A stretch of 64,000 nt of DNA, from the NCBI GenBank assembly GCA_030602785.1, contig JAUVZB010000007.1, positions 1,420 to 65,419 on the forward strand, in the 5' to 3' direction. A model generated the notes under the pieces. The model saw only the letters and a program-made list of their open reading frames with translations, ran no database searches and was not told the origin of the DNA. Shown here piece by piece: positions 58,922 through 64,000 of this stretch; positions within the stretch are counted from its first letter, which is position 1; every line of letters starts with the position of its first letter. The position numbers and the translations under genes are program-made. This DNA is from Dehalococcoidia bacterium. GTDB taxonomy: Bacteria; Chloroflexota; Dehalococcoidia; GIF9; AB-539-J10.

Positions 58922-60175
58922 CTAGCCGAAATCCACCCCTTGCGCCATCAGGTTTTCCTGCAACAGCGCAACGTTGAGTTCCCTCGGGGAGACTCCCTCT
59001 TTGAGGGCCAGTGCTGCTGCGGTGCCAGCCGCTTGACCGGTTGCGAAGCACACAGGGATTATGCGCAACTGCACCATTGCGTCTTGCTTCGCGGATATGC
59101 ACCTTCCTACTACGAAGAGATTGTCCACATCCTTCGGGACAATAGACCTGTAGGGGACCCTCATTTCCCTGTCTGCGTATGGCTTCGCGACAGTGTCGCT
59201 GAACCTCTGTGTCATCACTTCATTGAACGATGGCATGATTTCACCGACAATTCTCCGAGTTTCTCGCACGCCGACCTGTGTTGCGGTGTACTCGATGCGA
59301 GCGTCTTCGAAACCAGCCAAGTTCGCCTTGAGGAAGGCCGCAAGTCTCATGGCGTGTTCCCTGGTGATGACTTCGGCCCGAGTCAGCTGTGCGGGGTCAA
59401 GTCCGTTGATTCCGCGCAGACTGCCCGACCACACGTTGATCTCCCGTGGATAGCATAGGTTCGCCGCGAACACACCAGGCGCATACCCACTGGGCTGGAG
59501 GTCGAGGTCAAATGGCAGGTCGCCGCGTTCTACAGCCTCCTTTACAACCCGACGCAGCTTGCCCCAATTGCCGATCTGGGACATGACTCTGTCAATGTCA
59601 ACCTCAGCCATGTTGAACATGAGAGTTACAGGGAGAAGGTCCTCCGCCGTTTCGTATGGAGCTCCTGCGGAGGCAGCTACGTCACCGTCTCCGGTCGCAT
59701 CTACTGTGGTCCTTGCGAGAATCGCTGCCCTTCCTGCCTTGTTCTCTACTATTACTCCTTGGCAGGAACCGTTCTCCACAATGGTCCGAACGATGTATGT
59801 ATGGAGCAAGAGCTTGACATTTTGGCGCAGCAACATGCCCATCAGTTCGTACTTGAGTATTTCCGGGTCAACCGCAATCAGGGTTGCTGTTTCGGTTGCT
59901 TCCCCCAGATTGCTACATTTGAGATATGACTTCGAACTCTCCAGCGTCTTGCGAATTTCGTTGTTGATGCCGTTGTTCATGGGCCCAAGGGTTATCACCA
60001 ATCCAGCTGTTGCAAGGCCACCAAGGAATCCGTATCGCTCGATCAGCATCACCTTTGCCCCATTGCGGGCAGCGCAAGTGGCGGCCGCAACCCCGGCAAC
60101 GCCCCCTCCGCAGACAAGAACATCTGTGTTCTCGACTACGGGGGTCCTCGTTTCTGCTTCAGTTATCCACTGCAT
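58922..60175 (-). CDS. FAD-dependent oxidoreductase (FAD_oxidored family)
   Basis: DVLVCGGGVAG, ERYGFLGG, DATGDGD, GVRETRRI, VPYRS, GRCIS, GQAAGTAA. Confidence 0.88.
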   Translation of the reverse strand: MQWITEAETRTPVVENTDVLVCGGGVAGVAAATCAARNGAKVMLIERYGFLGGLATAGLVITLGPMNNGINNEIRKTLESSKSYLKCSNLGEATETATLIAVDPEILKYELMGMLLRQNVKLLLHTYIVRTIVENGSCQGVIVENKAGRAAILARTTVDATGDGDVAASAGAPYETAEDLLPVTLMFNMAEVDIDRVMSQIGNWGKLRRVVKEAVERGDLPFDLDLQPSGYAPGVFAANLCYPREINVWSGSLRGINGLDPAQLTRAEVITREHAMRLAAFLKANLAGFEDARIEYTATQVGVRETRRIVGEIMPSFNEVMTQRFSDTVAKPYADREMRVPYRSIVPKDVDNLFVVGRCISAKQDAMVQLRIIPVCFATGQAAGTAAALALKEGVSPRELNVALLQENLMAQGVDFG

Positions 60176-60198
60176 ACCGAACCTCCTACTGAGTTGTC

Positions 60199-61534
60199 CT
60201 ACGGGATCATTCGTGCCGGAAGCCAAAGGACCATCTGAGGGAAGAGTGCACAAAGGAGCATGCCCACAACGATGATGCCAACAAACGGGAATACTCCTCG
60301 GATGATGTCACCCAACGTGAGTCCCAGTTCTGGCGGGGCAATACCACGAAGATAGAATATTGTTGTTGCGAACGGAGGCGTCATGTACGCCATCTGAAGG
60401 TTCAACATAAGGAGTATTGCGAACCAGACTGGGTCAAAACCAAGAGCAGGGGCTAAGGGGCTGATAATTGGCACCATGATGAAGAGAATGCCGATAACGT
60501 CTATGAAGAAGCCCAACAGGAAGATGATGACCATTATCACGATGAATGCACCCCACCTGCCGCCAGGAGTAGCTGCAATGTACTCCCTCACAACTTCTCC
60601 GCCTCCAGCCCCTAGGAACACCCCGGTATAGGCGAACGACATTGCCCCTATCAGATATATCATGCTTGTGAGTCGAAGAGTCTGGAGACATACTGGTTTG
60701 AATGTCTCCCAGCTGAGCTTTCCGTACGCCGCACACATCACTATCGCAGCCAAGGCCCCAACGGCAGCCGCCTCAGTTGGGGGGGGCTATGCCAAGAAAA
60801 ATGCTCCCCATCACCGCTAGGATGAGCAGTGCTGGCGGAACAAGTGACTTGACGGCAGTCGTGACCTTCGCCAACATGGGGACATTTCTCTCCCGAATCG
60901 GTATTGCTGGTGCAAGGTGCGGTTGGACGAGACACCTGACGGCGATATAGAGGCAATACAGGAAAGAGAGCAGAAGCCCGGGCACAATGGCGCCCATGAA
61001 TAGTTTCCCCACCGAGATCATGGCCATCGGCCCGTAGATAACGAGAAGAACACTCGGAGGGATCAATTGGCCGAGGGTTCCTCCCGCACACACTGCTCCG
61101 GCAGCGAGTGCTTTGTCGTAGCCTCGCTTCACCATGGGCGGGAGCGCGACCAAAGCAAGTATGCTCACTGAGGCCCCAACTACCCCCACGCATGCAGCAA
61201 TCACAGTCCCGACCAATACCGTGACAATAGCCAGTCCTCCCCTCAGTCCTCCGAACAACACATACAACGCGCTATACATCGTGTCGGCGATTCCCGACCG
61301 CTGAAGTACTAGGCCCATGAAGATGAACAGCGGGATTGCCAGAAGAGTATAGCTGCGAACTTGCGCGAAAATCCTCGCGTATATCAAATCAAACGCACTG
61401 TGGCCGAACACCAGGTACCCGACAACGAAGCCTATGGCCCCCACGGTGATCCCCAGGGGATACCCGAACATCACCGCCACCAAGAGTCCCCCCAACATCA
61501 CAAGAACCACAGTCTCTGGAGCAATCTCAGTCAT
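60199..61534 (-). pseudogene. dctM: TRAP transporter large permease DctM, frameshifted at a G8 tract
   Basis: LLAIPLFIFMG, GTLGQLIPPS, MTPPF; two ORFs join as GIAPPTEAAAVGA if one G of 60779-60786 is removed. Confidence 0.85.
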
Positions 61535-62033
61535 GGTGATTCTTCCTGAGGACTTGGCAGTCGTGGACGAATTGAACCACTCCTTGTAGCGTGAAAAGCG
61601 ACAGCCCTAGGAACATCACTGTTCGAAGTGGACCGGCAGGTGGGTACCAAGAAGACTCAATCAATACCTCGCCCATAGTCCAAGCGTGGACTGTGCGGTC
61701 AGCAGCAATGTACGTAAGGATGAAGCACATTGGAAATAGCAAGATTATCGAGCCCACGATGTTCACGAGAGCCTTTCCCCTGGTCGACATGCGGGAATAC
61801 CAGACATCGACCCTTACGTGGCCGTCATGCTTGAGCGTGTAGGCCCATCCGACGACTGCGATAGTCGCACCGAGCATACTGGCTGTCTCAGTTGCCCATG
61901 CTGTCGGCGAATCAAAAGCGTATCGTGCTGTGACTTCGAAGCAGAGCACCAACACAAGAGCCGGACAAATCCAACGCGCAGCATTCCCGGTGACTTCGCT
62001 CAGAGAGTCGATAACTCGCAAGATGATTCTCAT
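61527..62033 (-). CDS. dctQ: TRAP transporter small permease DctQ
   Basis: EVTARYAFDSPTAWA, GHVRVDV, four hydrophobic segments. Confidence 0.9.
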   Translation of the reverse strand: MRIILRVIDSLSEVTGNAARWICPALVLVLCFEVTARYAFDSPTAWATETASMLGATIAVVGWAYTLKHDGHVRVDVWYSRMSTRGKALVNIVGSIILLFPMCFILTYIAADRTVHAWTMGEVLIESSWYPPAGPLRTVMFLGLSLFTLQGVVQFVHDCQVLRKNHHD

Positions 62034-62132
62034 TCTCTCTCCAGACAAACCTGTTTGACTTGCATCGCTTCCCCCCCGCCGATGTGGCGTGGGGGAAGCG
62101 CGCAACGCCTTCAACCCTGTTGAGCAGAGCGA

Positions 62133-63221
62133 CTAGCCTATGTCCTGCGCTACGCAAATCTCTTTGAAAACTCGCTGTGACTCAATGACTTCCTTTGCGA
62201 ACGGATCAGCATCTGCCCTCTCGTCAAAGAACGTCGTGGCCTCAGCAACAAAGGCATCCACTATCTCCTGTGGAAGATTGATAACTTCATTGCCGTATGC
62301 CGTGTACTTGCCCAGTGCACCATAGTCGAGTGTGATTTCCTCGCCGTACCACTCAAGTGCCTCTGCCTGTGATGCAACCTTCACGATTCCCTTGAGGTCA
62401 GGGCTGAGCGCTTCCCAGGCGTCGGCGTTTACGAAGAAGGCCTTCGCCGATGTCGGAGCTCGGACGGGTGACAGATAGAGATAGTCAGACACCTCTTGGA
62501 AACCCATGTTCCAGTTGACTGCGGGCCCTCCATACTCGAACGCGTCAATGACTCCTCGCTGGGCAGCCTCGTAGAGTTCCTGACCAGGCAGTGTCACTAC
62601 TGATACGCCCAACCGACCGAGGATGAGTGCGCCGTCCCCCGCGGTCCGGAACTTGAGCCCCTTCAGGTCCTCAAGAGAGTCCAGCTTCTTAGTCGAGTGA
62701 CAGAATATCTCTTGAGGGTCGACGTTGGCCAAGCCGACGTAAACCGAGTTCTGCAGCGGCTCGTACAAGCGTGCCGCCAGTTGGTTGCCACCGCCCACCA
62801 AATACCACATCTGGAACTGGAGAGATGTCATTCCGCCGGACACTTGGTCGAAGAGACCTGCCGCTGGGAACAGGTTCAACTGATTCATGTGGCCTGCGAC
62901 GCAAGCCTCAATGACGCCTTGCTCGACACCTTCCTGAAGCTCTTGGGTGGATGGCACGACAGCGCCAGACGGATACACCTCAACCGTCAACCGCCCACCG
63001 CTCATGTCAGTGATTCTCTGGGCTATGCGGGTTGCGGCCACGTAGTGCCGCATCGCCGTTGTCGAAAGAGTTTGAAGCTTCCACTCATGTTGCTCGCTGG
63101 CCGGTGCAGCGGGAGCAGTATCAGATGAGGGCTCGTCAACAGTAGCTGGAGCACAGCTCACCATCCCAAGTGCACCAACCACTGCCAGGACAACCAGAAC
63201 ACCACGCAACTTGTTTCGCAT
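62133..63221 (-). CDS. dctP: TRAP substrate-binding lipoprotein DctP (TakP-like)
   Basis: Lipobox-like MVSC, MSGGRL, DLKGLKFR, RGVIDAFE; SD GGGAGG. Confidence 0.9.
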   Translation of the reverse strand: MRNKLRGVLVVLAVVGALGMVSCAPATVDEPSSDTAPAAPASEQHEWKLQTLSTTAMRHYVAATRIAQRITDMSGGRLTVEVYPSGAVVPSTQELQEGVEQGVIEACVAGHMNQLNLFPAAGLFDQVSGGMTSLQFQMWYLVGGGNQLAARLYEPLQNSVYVGLANVDPQEIFCHSTKKLDSLEDLKGLKFRTAGDGALILGRLGVSVVTLPGQELYEAAQRGVIDAFEYGGPAVNWNMGFQEVSDYLYLSPVRAPTSAKAFFVNADAWEALSPDLKGIVKVASQAEALEWYGEEITLDYGALGKYTAYGNEVINLPQEIVDAFVAEATTFFDERADADPFAKEVIESQRVFKEICVAQDIG

Positions 63222-63341
63222 TTCTATGTACCTCCCTGCAATTGTTGTGCGGTCCACATTCGACATCCCTGATTCGTGACCTCGAAGGCAACCTCCTCTC
63301 ATGTGACCACTCACATCCCTAGCACTATGTCTGGGCGCGTT

Positions 63342-64000
63342 CTATGATATTGTTGCCAGTTGTCGGCTCAGCTCTCTAGCGGTGTCTTGTACCAGAACCG
63401 CATAATCGTGCAATTGAGCTTCATTCATGCGCACGGTTGGGCCTGCAACGCTAATCCCTGCCACCACTCTTGAGTCGCCTTGGAAGACTGGAGCTCCCAC
63501 GCATCGCACTCCCAAGGTGCCTTCCTCGTCATCCACTGCATAACCGCAGTTGCGTATGTGTTCAAGTTCATGTTCGATAGCGGCAACGCTCTCGAGTGAT
63601 TTTGCGGTACTCACGACGATAGGGTGTTCTCTGAGGAGCCTCTGAGTCTGGGGTGTTGGCAGAAAAGCGAGGATTGTCTTACCCATCGCAGCACGATAGG
63701 CCTTCTCTCTCGAACCCAGAGGTTGCTCGATTCTTAGGTGGTGCGGACTCTCCACTTTGTGTATGCAGATGACTTCTATGCCATCCAGAATACCCAGATT
63801 CACAGTCTCACCTGTCTTGCCTGCAAGCTCCACCAAAAGGGGGCTGGCCAGCTCAACGAATTCCAGTTTCTGCACTATCTTCCTGCCCAACTCAAACAGC
63901 TTCAGGGATGCGGAGTAGCCGAGGCTGCGTTGGTCTTGCCGGACGTACCCTCTCGATTCGAGGGCCGTGAGCATCCTATGGATCGACGTCTTGGGCATCG
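63342..64000 (-). CDS. IclR family transcriptional regulator, 5'-truncated by window edge
   Basis: KTSIHRML..L...GYV, TGETVNLG, AMGK, GYAVDDEE, GVRCVGAP, ISVAGP. Confidence 0.92.
   Translation of the reverse strand, partial: MPKTSIHRMLTALESRGYVRQDQRSLGYSASLKLFELGRKIVQKLEFVELASPLLVELAGKTGETVNLGILDGIEVICIHKVESPHHLRIEQPLGSREKAYRAAMGKTILAFLPTPQTQRLLREHPIVVSTAKSLESVAAIEHELEHIRNCGYAVDDEEGTLGVRCVGAPVFQGDSRVVAGISVAGPTVRMNEAQLHDYAVLVQDTARELSRQLATIS

Noticed and set aside
58713-59102. 130-aa N-terminal extension of the phosphotriesterase (and similar extensions for mnmA, rsmG, ilvB, leuA, pmbA, dctP)
   Set aside because: The extensions overlap neighbouring genes or regulatory DNA; downstream starts have an SD or promoter and match family N-termini.

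Overview
High-GC bacterial chromosomal window whose gene content and order suggest Chloroflexota, probably Dehalococcoidia-like (inference). Most of it is core housekeeping DNA: lysS-serS, rnhB/mnmA/tmk/pdxS, rsmG, rel-rpsT, ilvE, an ilvBNC-leuACDB operon, dinB, pyrF, folC, tldD-pmbA-PAC2-udg-rnj-ftsK, apgM and a ROK kinase. Three accessory blocks interrupt it: (i) an acyl-CoA catabolic cluster (SDR, hbd, HMGS-like/DUF35 fusion, thiolase); (ii) a type I restriction-modification operon, hsdM-hsdS-X-hsdR; and (iii) a right-end catabolic cluster (IclR, TRAP, FAD oxidoreductase, phosphotriesterase-like enzyme, two RraA paralogs, enolase-family enzyme, split UxaA). The strongest observation is in gene X, a PD-(D/E)xK nuclease-like gene. 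It is frameshifted by a 61-bp insertion made of an exact 28-bp duplication plus a 33-bp unique segment, the geometry of a type I-E Cas1-Cas2 spacer integration at an off-target site. Removing it restores a 324-aa ORF coupled to both hsdS and hsdR. Also seen: two BCAA-rich leader-peptide attenuators sharing one hairpin motif, several probably leaderless promoters, and a G8-tract frameshift in the TRAP dctM. No rRNA, tRNA, cas gene, transposase or integrase was recognised. All family assignments come from motif recognition by eye; no database searches were run.
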